Source: a virus. Taken from it: a stretch of DNA of 64,000 nt. Below, piece by piece: positions 21,518 through 29,327 of this stretch; the first letter of the stretch is position 1; each line of letters opens with the position of its first letter. The stretch spans positions 1-64,000 of the IMG/VR virus record IMGVR_UViG_3300033145_000192; one strand, 5' to 3'. Below the pieces are notes generated by a model, which was not told where the DNA came from, searched no databases, and saw only the letters and a program-made list of their open reading frames with translations. Position numbers and translations under genes: made by a program.

Positions 21518-22611
21518 ATTACATCGAAAAGACATATGTTGCCCACCTTATCACTCCCAAGACCATTACGGTGGTATTGGACCAGGGTAATCCGGTCAGC
21601 ATCGTAAAGCACGAAGGAAATGCCGCGAGGTTCGATAACGTCGCAAAGCTGCTTAGGACTGGTCGATACGACGAGATTCCTAGTGCGATTGACCGAGCAC
21701 TCCAGGTTGTTGTTGCCAGCAAGGGCAAGTTCACCGTTTGTGAGGGTATCATCGTCATCGACGGAGAGGATTTGCCTGGCGCACTCAGCGATAAGCTCCT
21801 AGAGCTTGTTGATGCCAACGAGGATACGGTTGCTCTTGAGCATTTCTGGGATAACCTGCGGGAAAACCCCACGGACACTTCGGTTGAGGATTTGTATTCC
21901 TTCCTCGTGGCGAATAACGTGCCGATTACTCGGGACGGTTGCTTCGTCGTCTACAAGCGAGTGAAGGATGATTTCTGGGATAGCTATACCGGAAGGACTC
22001 ACCAGAGTAAGCCCGGTAGCGTCATCGAAATGCCGCGTGACCAGGTTGACAAGAACAGGAACAACACTTGTTCCACTGGCCTGCACGTTGCGGCCTTTGA
22101 GTATGCCTCGAATTTCTCGGGAACCAAGCTCCTAGAGTGCAAGGTTAACCCGAAGGATGTTGTCGCGGTGCCGCCGGATTACGAGAACCAGAAGATGCGT
22201 GTGTGTCGCTATGAGGTTCTGCGCGAAACGTCCGAGAAGTTCGTTGAGGCGATTTATGAGGAGGAGGCTCCTACGCCTCGCCTTGGTGGCGGAAAGTTCA
22301 AGCCGCTACGGCTCTCCCTGGACTCCAGGGGACGCCTCAGAATCCCCGGTAAAGCCGTGCGCCGAGTTGGTGCCGGTGTTGGCGGGTCTGTGACCGCTGT
22401 GGTCACTTCTGGCTCCAGCCGATTTATCCTCATTCAGCCTGACGATGAGTTCGATATCGCTGACCGCTATCGTGCGACTCGTGAGTATACTGTTGAGGAT
22501 GACAACTCTATCAGGATTTCGTCCTCTATGCTTGCTGAAGCCAAGATTGACGAATACGAGGAGTATGTCGTGAGGCTCAAGGGTAACAGCCTGGAGATTC
22601 GAGTAGGCTAA
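21514..22611 (+). CDS. rIIB: rIIB-like protein with C-terminal tandem AbrB-like domains
   Basis: YKRV..DF.DSYTG, MPRDQVD..RNNTCSTGLHV, KVNPKDVVAVP.DY...KMRVCRYEV; tail LDSRGRLRIP. Confidence 0.9.
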   Translation: MNYIEKTYVAHLITPKTITVVLDQGNPVSIVKHEGNAARFDNVAKLLRTGRYDEIPSAIDRALQVVVASKGKFTVCEGIIVIDGEDLPGALSDKLLELVDANEDTVALEHFWDNLRENPTDTSVEDLYSFLVANNVPITRDGCFVVYKRVKDDFWDSYTGRTHQSKPGSVIEMPRDQVDKNRNNTCSTGLHVAAFEYASNFSGTKLLECKVNPKDVVAVPPDYENQKMRVCRYEVLRETSEKFVEAIYEEEAPTPRLGGGKFKPLRLSLDSRGRLRIPGKAVRRVGAGVGGSVTAVVTSGSSRFILIQPDDEFDIADRYRATREYTVEDDNSIRISSSMLAEAKIDEYEEYVVRLKGNSLEIRVG

Positions 22612-23240
22612 TGACACTTACGGAACAACTTGGGGGAACGCGATACCACGGGGTTCAATTTCCCCTGAATCCGTATGATGCTTGGCAAGTTACAGGTGGG
22701 TGCTCGATACTGAGCCCAAAGTGGATGCGACTATGGATGGACGCTCGTAAGAACGACAGGTATGGTGGTGAACCGTGGCTGTGGGGTCTAACGTCCGGTG
22801 GATACGACCCAATCCATCCTGGTCACATCTCGTGTCTCATTGAGTCTGCTAGAGAGATACAAAAGGGGCACACGGGACCAGCGAGCTTGATTGTTGTTGT
22901 GAATGGTGATGAATTTCTCACACGGAAGAAAGGCACGCCATTCCAGCCACTAAAGGTGAGATGCCAAATTATCTCCACTATAAGGTCGGTAGATTACGTA
23001 ATTCCTTTTTCTGCAAGTGACCCAGATGATATGGGTGTAGGCGAAGCATTAGAACGAATACGTCCTCACGCCTTCTTGAAGGGTGGAGATAGATGCAATG
23101 CTGAGAATATCCCCGAGTGGGGTATTTGTAAGAGGCTCAATATAGACCTCATCACCGGCATGGGCGACAAGAAGTTTTGGAGTAGTTCCAATTTTCTTGA
23201 AGAATGGGGCAAGTTCTACCACAACGAAAAGGTCAGCTAA
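22611..23240 (+). CDS. Cytidylyltransferase-like (HIGH superfamily) protein
   Basis: SGGYDPIHPGH, VVVNGD.FL.RKKG.PF, KGGDR. Confidence 0.8.
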   Translation: MTLTEQLGGTRYHGVQFPLNPYDAWQVTGGCSILSPKWMRLWMDARKNDRYGGEPWLWGLTSGGYDPIHPGHISCLIESAREIQKGHTGPASLIVVVNGDEFLTRKKGTPFQPLKVRCQIISTIRSVDYVIPFSASDPDDMGVGEALERIRPHAFLKGGDRCNAENIPEWGICKRLNIDLITGMGDKKFWSSSNFLEEWGKFYHNEKVS

Positions 23241-23590
23241 TGGCGAAGCTAACGTGCTTATGGCAAGAAATGCAGATTGAGTTCATAGGTTTGACTGAAG
23301 TAAAGGAAGGAATCTTGCGTGTAGGTGGCAAGGTAAACCGCTCTAACTTCCTTGATGCAGGGAAGAAGAGTCTGATGCCTCTGTTTGCCACGAAGAAACT
23401 TGAGGGGCTGACAATCGGGGATGTCATTAAAATCACCCTATATACCCCGAAGGGTGAGACTGACTACAGAGATACAGAGGATGGCAGAACCACCGTAAGT
23501 TTCAAGGATTGCGGAACTCGATACGAGTTGTGGAATCGAGAAGCGCAGGGCTGGGACAAGATTTTCGAAATTCTCAAGCCAGAGGCTTGA
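23240..23590 (+). CDS. Hypothetical protein
   Basis: Coupled to upstream stop codon. Confidence 0.55.
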   Translation: MAKLTCLWQEMQIEFIGLTEVKEGILRVGGKVNRSNFLDAGKKSLMPLFATKKLEGLTIGDVIKITLYTPKGETDYRDTEDGRTTVSFKDCGTRYELWNREAQGWDKIFEILKPEA

Positions 23591-23614
23591 CATCTCAAGA
23601 ATTGGCCCTATAAT
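23587..23614 (+). promoter_or_regulatory. Sigma70-like promoter upstream of tmRNA
   Basis: TTGACA-N16-TATAAT. Confidence 0.7.
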
Positions 23615-23698
23615 TCAATCAGTGAGGCACAGTCATGGTTGAGGTTTTTTGTGCAGGTTTAATCGCAGGACTGTTGTTGGGGTATATTATCTACAGAA

Positions 23699-24065
23699 GG
23701 GGATGAAACGGCATCGACTCGCATGATGAAATGATGAATGCAGGCCGTGGAAGATACTCGGGCCACGTTAAAAAGGTATCGAAACTTTAATTGCCAAGAA
23801 CGTATTCAAGGCACGCCGTTACTACGGCATCCGCAGCACGGTTCGCCGTGCCGCAATCGTCGCTTAACCGATTGTAGTTAGGTCGTCTCCTAGACGAAAA
23901 TAGGACTCGTGCGGATATTCTCGTAAGCCGCAAGTTGTAAATAACGAGATAGTCGCTGGAACCAAGTAGCCAGATAGGTTGTTGGACCGATAAAACCAAC
24001 CAAGCCTGTGAAGAGTTTGTTGAAGATTGATGTAGAGGACTCGGGTTCGACTCCCGACATCTCCA
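23699..24065 (+). ncRNA. ssrA: tmRNA; tag reading frame 23793-23867 (AKNVFKARRYYGIRSTVRRAAIVA*)
   Basis: GGGGATG/CATCTCC-A acceptor with G3:U70, GGCATCGAC 5' motif, T arm TCGGG-TTCGACT-CCCGA, TAATT-GCC resume context. Confidence 0.92.
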
Positions 24066-24124
24066 TATTGGTTGTGGCCTCCTTTCGTAGCAGACCCCCG
24101 CTAGCATATCGGGTCATATATGCC

Positions 24125-24207
24125 AGGGATATACGCCACGCGGAGTAGAGCGGTCTTGTTTTCCGGCGCAGCAAGATGTGTGGTGGGTTCGACTCCCACT
24201 ATCCCCA
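24125..24207 (+). ncRNA. tRNA-like element with extended anticodon arm
   Basis: Acceptor GGGATA/TATCCC, T arm GTGGG-TTCGACT-CCCAC, 8-bp stem GTCTTGTT/AGCAAGAT with 9-nt loop; weak D arm. Confidence 0.55.
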
Positions 24208-24218
24208 TAGGAGTTTGC

Positions 24219-24698
24219 ATGGAACTTGTAACTTATCCGAACAGAAAGCTCAGAACTATAGCATATGAATTAGAGACTTTTCCACCAGGTTTCGATACTA
24301 TCGGAGAGATGTTTTTGCGAGTTATGCGTGAGCATGATGGTATTGCATTAGCATCGACCCAACTGGGTCATAACTTCAGGATGTTCGTTACCGACCTACC
24401 ATTCCCTCATAAAGTCATAATCAATCCGAAATGGGAACCAACCCCATCAGGGTTTCAGTATGCTCGAATGGAAGGATGTTTGAGTTTTCCAGGCTGGCTT
24501 GCGCCAGTTAAGAGGTATGACGCAATTCGTGCAACATACCAGATTCCAAGTGGAGAGAGCTTCAGGGTAGTGCTCAAAGAATTGTATGCCCAAGTATTTC
24601 AACACGAAACAGACCATTTAGATGGGGTCTTACTGATAGACCATCTAACGGAAGCCCAACAGGCAACTTTGGATACGGCCCTCGGTCGTAAGGAGTGA
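24219..24698 (+). CDS. def: Peptide deformylase
   Basis: GIALASTQLG, EGCLS, QHETDHLDG. Confidence 0.93.
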   Translation: MELVTYPNRKLRTIAYELETFPPGFDTIGEMFLRVMREHDGIALASTQLGHNFRMFVTDLPFPHKVIINPKWEPTPSGFQYARMEGCLSFPGWLAPVKRYDAIRATYQIPSGESFRVVLKELYAQVFQHETDHLDGVLLIDHLTEAQQATLDTALGRKE

Positions 24699-24702
24699 AA
24701 GA

Positions 24703-25065
24703 ATGTTTGACGATAGACTTAAGAAGGGTGTTGTGTTCCGTATTGATACGGACGCGGCTGCTGAGTTTGGCCTTGATGATGGAGCGGAGTTCGCTATTAG
24801 CAGGGATGCTACCGCAACTGAGATTAGGGCATCGCGTTTCAAGGATGGCAAGCCTGCCCGTGGTAGGCCGCGCAAGTTCCCCACGTCAGCCGTAGCTCGT
24901 ATGCTTGGCTTCGATGACCTTGCTTCCAGCGAGGTTGAAGAGGTTGAGGAGACGGATGAGGTTACGAGTGAGGAAGAGACCTCCGACGAGGAGGACGAAG
25001 CTCGCGTAGCCGACCTTATTGCTGGGACCGCTGCTCCGTCTGCGGATGATGGAGAGCCCTGGTAA
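24703..25065 (+). CDS. Hypothetical protein with acidic tail
   Basis: RGRP motif followed by a Glu/Asp-rich tract. Confidence 0.55.
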   Translation: MFDDRLKKGVVFRIDTDAAAEFGLDDGAEFAISRDATATEIRASRFKDGKPARGRPRKFPTSAVARMLGFDDLASSEVEEVEETDEVTSEEETSDEEDEARVADLIAGTAAPSADDGEPW

Positions 25066-25145
25066 TCTAACACAACCGCTGCCCGCTCAGGCATGATACC
25101 TCCAAGTCGTGCCTGAGTCGGTAGCACCACACGAAAGAGGCAGAA

Positions 25146-25832
25146 TTGAACAGAACTGCTCCTAAGAGGCGTAACAAGCCAAGGCATAATTTCCACGTTA
25201 CAGGGAAAACGCGGGGGCAAAAGCAATACATAGAATCAATTCTCAAGAATGAGGTCACACTTTGTAGTGGCTTTGCTGGAACTGGCAAGACACTCATAGC
25301 TGTGGGAATGGCGATGCATCTGTTTCATCAAGATGACAGCTATTCCAAGATTATTGTTGTTCGCCCTGCAATCGAAGCGTGTAATGAGAAAATAGGGTTC
25401 CTTCCAGGTGGCATCAACGACAAAATGAAGCCACTGGTCGCTCCAATTATGGATAGTCTCAGGTTTTTCATCTCAGATGAGGGATATATTGCGTCCATCA
25501 TGCCAAGTGATATGGGAGTGTCAATCATTGAGATTTGCACACTCGCCTACATGAGAGGCAGGACGTTCAATAACTGCGTCGTCGTCTTTGACGAGGCACA
25601 AAACTCCACACCTGACCAAATGAAACTGTTCCTAACCAGGATTGGAAAGAACTGCAAGGTAATCGTGGAAGGAGACGTAACTCAATCTGATGTGTCTCCT
25701 AACGTCGAAGAAAATGGGCTATTTGATGCAATAGGACGCCTTCACGACCTAGAAGGAATTGGCATCATTGCCCTAGAAAAAAGGGACATTGTCCGAAGTC
25801 GAATCGTGGCAAGGATTTTGGACAGATACTAA
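25146..25832 (+). CDS. phoH: PhoH-family ATPase
   Basis: GFAGTGKT, IVVRPAIE, GFLPG, AYMRGRTF, DEAQN, GDVTQSD. Confidence 0.95.
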   Translation: MNRTAPKRRNKPRHNFHVTGKTRGQKQYIESILKNEVTLCSGFAGTGKTLIAVGMAMHLFHQDDSYSKIIVVRPAIEACNEKIGFLPGGINDKMKPLVAPIMDSLRFFISDEGYIASIMPSDMGVSIIEICTLAYMRGRTFNNCVVVFDEAQNSTPDQMKLFLTRIGKNCKVIVEGDVTQSDVSPNVEENGLFDAIGRLHDLEGIGIIALEKRDIVRSRIVARILDRY

Positions 25833-25838
25833 AGCCCC

Positions 25839-25867
25839 TTGACTCTCGTGGGTCTTGGAGCTATAAT
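25839..25867 (+). promoter_or_regulatory. Sigma70-like promoter heading the tRNA array
   Basis: TTGACT-N17-TATAAT. Confidence 0.72.
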
Positions 25868-25927
25868 CTAAGCAGCACCAGAAAGTTCGTTTCGCGACGG
25901 ACTTTCGCGGTGTATTAAGAAATACGA

Positions 25928-26002
25928 CGCGTCGTGGAGCAGTCAGGAGTGCTCGCTGGGCTCATAACCCGGAGGCCGCAAGTTCGAATCTTGCCGACGC
26001 TA
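25928..26002 (+). tRNA. tRNA-fMet (CAT), initiator
   Basis: C1:U72 mismatch, GGG/CCC in anticodon stem, loop CT-CAT-AA. Confidence 0.9.
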
Positions 26003-26014
26003 TAGGAGACAAAG

Positions 26015-26177
26015 ATGACTCATAAATGTTCGATTACTACAATTACGTTTAGTGTGAGATTGGCACGACTATATGTCCCTGCCAATTGGGAAGATACTAC
26101 GTAAAAAGGGCTTATCGAACTTCGCATTTACTTGCACAAACTGATGAGCCCGCACAAGATGCGGGCTTCTTTCGTTT
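26015..26177 (+). promoter_or_regulatory. Leader peptide (26015-26104, 29 aa) with alternative antiterminator/terminator stems
   Basis: RBS AGGAG; GGGCTTATCG (26108-17) pairs with TGATGAGCCC (26142-51), overlapping terminator AGCCCGCA/TGCGGGCT plus TTCTTTCGTTT. Confidence 0.55.
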
Positions 26178-26342
26178 CTGGAGAAAATCATGACGGAACA
26201 GGAAAAGGGAACTAGGGCGAGCATTGATGAAAATGGCAACATTGTGTTGGAGATTTTTGGCAACATCTGTTGCAGTTGTTTCAAAGACCTTGTTCCAGAC
26301 GAAGATACTGGACGCCTAGTGTGTCCAGATAGATGTCCATAG

Positions 26343-26433
26343 GGGGCGGTAGCCAACTGGAAAGGCAGCAGGCTTATATCCTGTTTAGTGGCTGATAACC
26401 ACGAGATTCTAGGTTCGAATCCTAGTCGCCCTA
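26343..26433 (+). tRNA. tRNA-Ile (TAT) with long variable arm
   Basis: GCAGG-CT TAT AT-CCTGT; 24-nt variable arm; A73. Confidence 0.8.
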
Positions 26434-26501
26434 TGACCGCGTGAGTCATGACGCTATCGGAAATTCGGGGGTTAGCCGATACAAAATAATCCCTCCACCA
26501 T

Positions 26502-26572
26502 GCATCGTTGGGAAAATGGGAATCCGGGAAGCTGCAACCTTCCAGTCGCCAGTTCGATTCTGGCACGGTGCT
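26502..26572 (+). tRNA. tRNA-Cys (GCA)
   Basis: Full cloverleaf, U73. Confidence 0.88.
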
Positions 26573-26642
26573 TATAATGCCGCTTTATCAACATTCGTAG
26601 GGTAAAGCTAATTTCTGTTCATTAACAATTTAGGTTTCTCTT

Positions 26643-26727
26643 GAGTCATGCGTCTCGCTGGTGCGAGTGTCGGGTTGTAACCCCGGTCCCCTATTGGGGC
26701 AATTAGGTTCGAATCCTGAATGGCTCA
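26643..26727 (+). tRNA. tRNA-Tyr (GTA) with 5-bp D stem and 4-nt D loop
   Basis: Acceptor GAGTCAT/ATGGCTC; D arm CTCGC-TGGT-GCGAG; variable arm CCCC-TATT-GGGG. Confidence 0.75.
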
Positions 26728-26734
26728 TTCCGAA

Positions 26735-27350
26735 AAGATAACCAAAAGGCTGATTGAAAGGTCTGACGAAACGTCTGCGAAAGCACTTGAGTAACAAACG
26801 CATAGGCTCTAGAAACGTAGAACGGGTTAAATGCCCGACAGGCTCTTGAGCAAGTAGCACACGAAGTAGGACGACTAAGTAGATGCTGAGTAGGAAACCT
26901 CAGTAGGGAGTAAATTTGTAGTGTAATGGAAGCACACCGGCCAGCACATGCGTTAAGGAGCCGGTAGTTTGGGTTCGAATCCCAACGTGATTTGTAGTGG
27001 GTTGGCGAGGCTGGCAAGCTAAGTCAACTTAATCAAGGATTGCCACATAGAAGTGGAGAAAGCAGAATTGGGTGTTCTGCCTGCAAGGGGTCGCTACCTT
27101 TGTATTGCTTATCAAGCCCCACACGATACGGAGCGGTAGTGTAATAGTGAGACGTATAAATCCTAGCGGACCTTCACGTCGAGCACGTTGGGTAGACATA
27201 GGCCCAAAGGTGCTGGTGCAACTCCAGCCTGCCCCATTTCTAGTTCGGAAGAGTAGACTCGTTGTCTATTACGCCTCAAAGACTTGGCATTTACATGCGG
27301 CGTTCAGCAGTCAAGTCCGGTTCAGAGCCTAAATACGCCGCTCAGAGGGT
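26735..27350 (+). ncRNA. ROOL-like large ornate ncRNA containing two tRNA-like inserts (26912-26993, 27130-27236); boundaries approximate
   Basis: No credible ORF; many hairpins; long-range pair 26803-10/27324-31; remembered ROOL motifs CGTAGAA, GAGCAAGTAGCAC..AAGTAGG, GTAGTGGGTTGG, TTAATCAA, TTTGTAT, GAAGAGTAGAC, TACGCC..AAAGACTTGG in order. Confidence 0.7.
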
Positions 27351-27361
27351 AGCTAGAATAA

Positions 27362-27432
27362 GGGTCGTTGGTGTAATGGTAGCATGACGGATTCCAAACC
27401 CGTTGGTGAGGGTTCAAGTCCTTTACGGCCCG
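27362..27432 (+). tRNA. tRNA-Trp (CCA)
   Basis: Cloverleaf, loop TT-CCA-AA, G73. Confidence 0.88.
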
Positions 27433-27443
27433 TTTGATATAAG

Positions 27444-27519
27444 CGCGAGGTCGCCTAACCTGTGTATGGCACTGCATTTGGGGTGCAGAATAATCTGGGT
27501 TCGAATCCCAGTCTCGCGA
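27444..27519 (+). tRNA. tRNA-Pro (TGG)
   Basis: Cloverleaf, CTGCA-TT TGG GG-TGCAG. Confidence 0.85.
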
Positions 27520-27524
27520 TTCTT

Positions 27525-27597
27525 TCTGGAGAAGCACAATTGGAAGTGTGTCCCGTTGTTACCGGGAGGGTTGTGGGTTCGAGTCCCACCTCCAGAG
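27525..27597 (+). tRNA. tRNA-Asn (GTT)
   Basis: Cloverleaf, G73. Confidence 0.88.
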
Positions 27598-27599
27598 TC

Positions 27600-27674
27600 T
27601 TGCGTGAAGCTCAATGACGAGCACTCCGCTGTTAACGGAAAGGTTAGCGGGTTTGATTCCCGTCGCGTAAGCCA
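27600..27674 (+). tRNA. tRNA-Asn (GTT), CCA encoded
   Basis: Cloverleaf, T loop TTTGATT, G73-CCA. Confidence 0.8.
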
Positions 27675-27675
27675 A

Positions 27676-27747
27676 GTCCTGATAGGCTAATGGCAACGCC
27701 GCCGGTTTCAAACACCGGAGTTGAGGGTTCGAATCCCTCTCGGGACA
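27676..27747 (+). tRNA. tRNA-Leu (CAA), short variable loop
   Basis: CCGGT-TT CAA AC-ACCGG, variable region AGTT. Confidence 0.82.
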
Positions 27748-27759
27748 TAAGGAGACTGA

Positions 27760-28785
27760 ATGCCTACGAAACGAAAGCGGAAGAATAGAGGCCCGCAGAA
27801 GAAGCGGGTTCAACGAAAAGATAAAAGACCACGAGGGCATACAGGGCATCCTAACAACTTGGAAAGAAATGGCAACCAGTTGATACTACTCAATATGGGC
27901 CGAGTCGGAAGTATCTCAATATCGAGAAATGTGGGCTTCAAAAGCACATATGAACTACATGCCTGGGGTCCGAATGATAGTAGAGATTCCACTATCTGTG
28001 TTCCAGTTCCAGAACTTAAAGCAAAAAGAAACAAAAAGTTAATCGCACAACTGGCTAGGGCCAAGCCCAACAATCCACTTAAGGCACTAACGATAGTTAG
28101 AAACTTATGCGACAGGCTGGTTTCGGCATTCTTCTTTTCTCTTAGCTTAGGGAAAAGCGTAGCGCCATCCATACTAGACATACCTCACAGTGGAGAGACT
28201 CATAGTCCGCAAGACTTTCAGGACTACATGCTGAATAACTTTGACTGGAAGTGGACACTGGATTGGTTTGAAAAGAGCTTTGAACCCTTCCTTGGAATAA
28301 ACGTATACAACTATCCTTTTCCACACGAAAAGGGTTGGCTCTTAATTGAAAAGGACGATATCAGGCTGCTAATTCTAAGGACAGAAGAACTTAATAGTGT
28401 GTGGGAAGAAGCTGGACCAAAGCTACTAGGGCAAAAGGTTAAGCCGATGGGGCACACCAATAAAACCGGGACGACCTTCTATGACGAATTCAAAAAGCAT
28501 GGGCAGCTACCACAAGAAATAGTAGACACGTTGCTTGATAGTAAGCTAATGCGTCATTTCTATACTGAAACAGAACGTAAAGCGTTTAGAGCGAAATGGA
28601 CCAATCCTATGGATAAGTTGGCGCACGACATTGTTTTTGATATCATAGATGAGTTGACCGACCGCAGCGGCATTGGCAACGCCTGGTGGGAGATTGACGA
28701 AGATATCCGCGAGGAGATAATCTCCACGCTTGAAAGCAAGGTCAAGAAGAACCTGGAGCAAAACGATGAGACATTGGTGGTTTAG
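27760..28785 (+). CDS. Sulfotransferase-like putative capsular-polysaccharide synthesis protein with unrelated C-terminal extension
   Basis: MGRVGS.SI, IVRN..DRLVSAFF, SK.MRHFYT..ER..F..KW; then an acidic ~58-aa tail starting at Met 28609. Confidence 0.6.
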   Translation: MPTKRKRKNRGPQKKRVQRKDKRPRGHTGHPNNLERNGNQLILLNMGRVGSISISRNVGFKSTYELHAWGPNDSRDSTICVPVPELKAKRNKKLIAQLARAKPNNPLKALTIVRNLCDRLVSAFFFSLSLGKSVAPSILDIPHSGETHSPQDFQDYMLNNFDWKWTLDWFEKSFEPFLGINVYNYPFPHEKGWLLIEKDDIRLLILRTEELNSVWEEAGPKLLGQKVKPMGHTNKTGTTFYDEFKKHGQLPQEIVDTLLDSKLMRHFYTETERKAFRAKWTNPMDKLAHDIVFDIIDELTDRSGIGNAWWEIDEDIREEIISTLESKVKKNLEQNDETLVV

Positions 28786-28962
28786 CTGTAAGGTATTTAC
28801 TTGCCTAGTAGTGAGTGATGGTGAAAACCTGGTCACGCGAGAAAGCGCACCGATAGTGCGAAGATTTACTGGCCAACACATAAAGAATCTAGCTGACTGG
28901 TGCAGGAAGCTAGGCAATTTCAGGTGGGAGGAATACAAGGATATCTCTGCATGGAAAAACAC

Positions 28963-29038
28963 GGGGGCGTAAGTTCCAATTGGCAGAGACTACTGGCTTA
29001 AATCCAGTGCAGTGTGGGTTCGAACCCCACCGCCCCTA
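28963..29038 (+). tRNA. tRNA-Leu (TAA), short variable loop
   Basis: ACTGG-CT TAA AT-CCAGT, variable region GCAGT. Confidence 0.82.
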
Positions 29039-29039
29039 C

Positions 29040-29110
29040 GACTTCGTGATGTAACGGAAGCATAGTAGGCTGAAAACCTGCGAGAACCAGTTCGAATCTG
29101 GTCGAAGTCA
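29040..29110 (+). tRNA. tRNA-Phe (GAA)
   Basis: Cloverleaf. Confidence 0.88.
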
Positions 29111-29114
29111 ATAT

Positions 29115-29244
29115 GTGCTAGGGTGAAGGACCCCTAACCTCCGTGTATGCCAATGGCAGGATGTTCAGAAAGTTAGGCTATTCGTGAACGTCATGTGGAT
29201 GCTTTGGTTACGCGACCAAGGCGGATACTTACACACCTTAGCAC
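29115..29244 (+). ncRNA. Unclassified pseudoknotted structured RNA between two tRNA-Phe genes
   Basis: 11-bp closing stem GTGCTAGGGTG/CACCTTAGCAC; inner stems; CCTAAC/GTTAGG pseudoknot. Confidence 0.55.
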
Positions 29245-29254
29245 AGATATACAT

Positions 29255-29325
29255 GGGTCAATAGCTCAACGGTAGAGCGTTCGGCTGAAGACCGAATAAT
29301 CGTGGTTCAATTCCACGTTGGCCCA
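29255..29325 (+). tRNA. tRNA-Phe (GAA)
   Basis: Cloverleaf. Confidence 0.88.
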
Positions 29326-29327
29326 AA

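Noticed and set aside
26142-26180. Hammerhead ribozyme (CTGATGA plus stem)
   Set aside because: No GAAA follows the stem; the sequence is better explained as terminator/antiterminator
26026-26195. Alternative leader frame MFDYYNYV* with amber read-through
   Set aside because: No RBS for this ATG, whereas the 26015 ATG has AGGAG; no evidence for read-through
27676-27747. Possible UCA (opal/Sec) suppressor tRNA
   Set aside because: The 7-nt loop is TT-CAA-AC, so positions 34-36 are CAA (Leu); TCA is out of register
23787-27849. ORF-track entries over tmRNA, tRNAs and the ROOL-like RNA (e.g. 23787-24107, 26069-26566, 26703-27017, 27072-27332)
   Set aside because: They are shadows of structured RNA genes with no RBS or protein motifs
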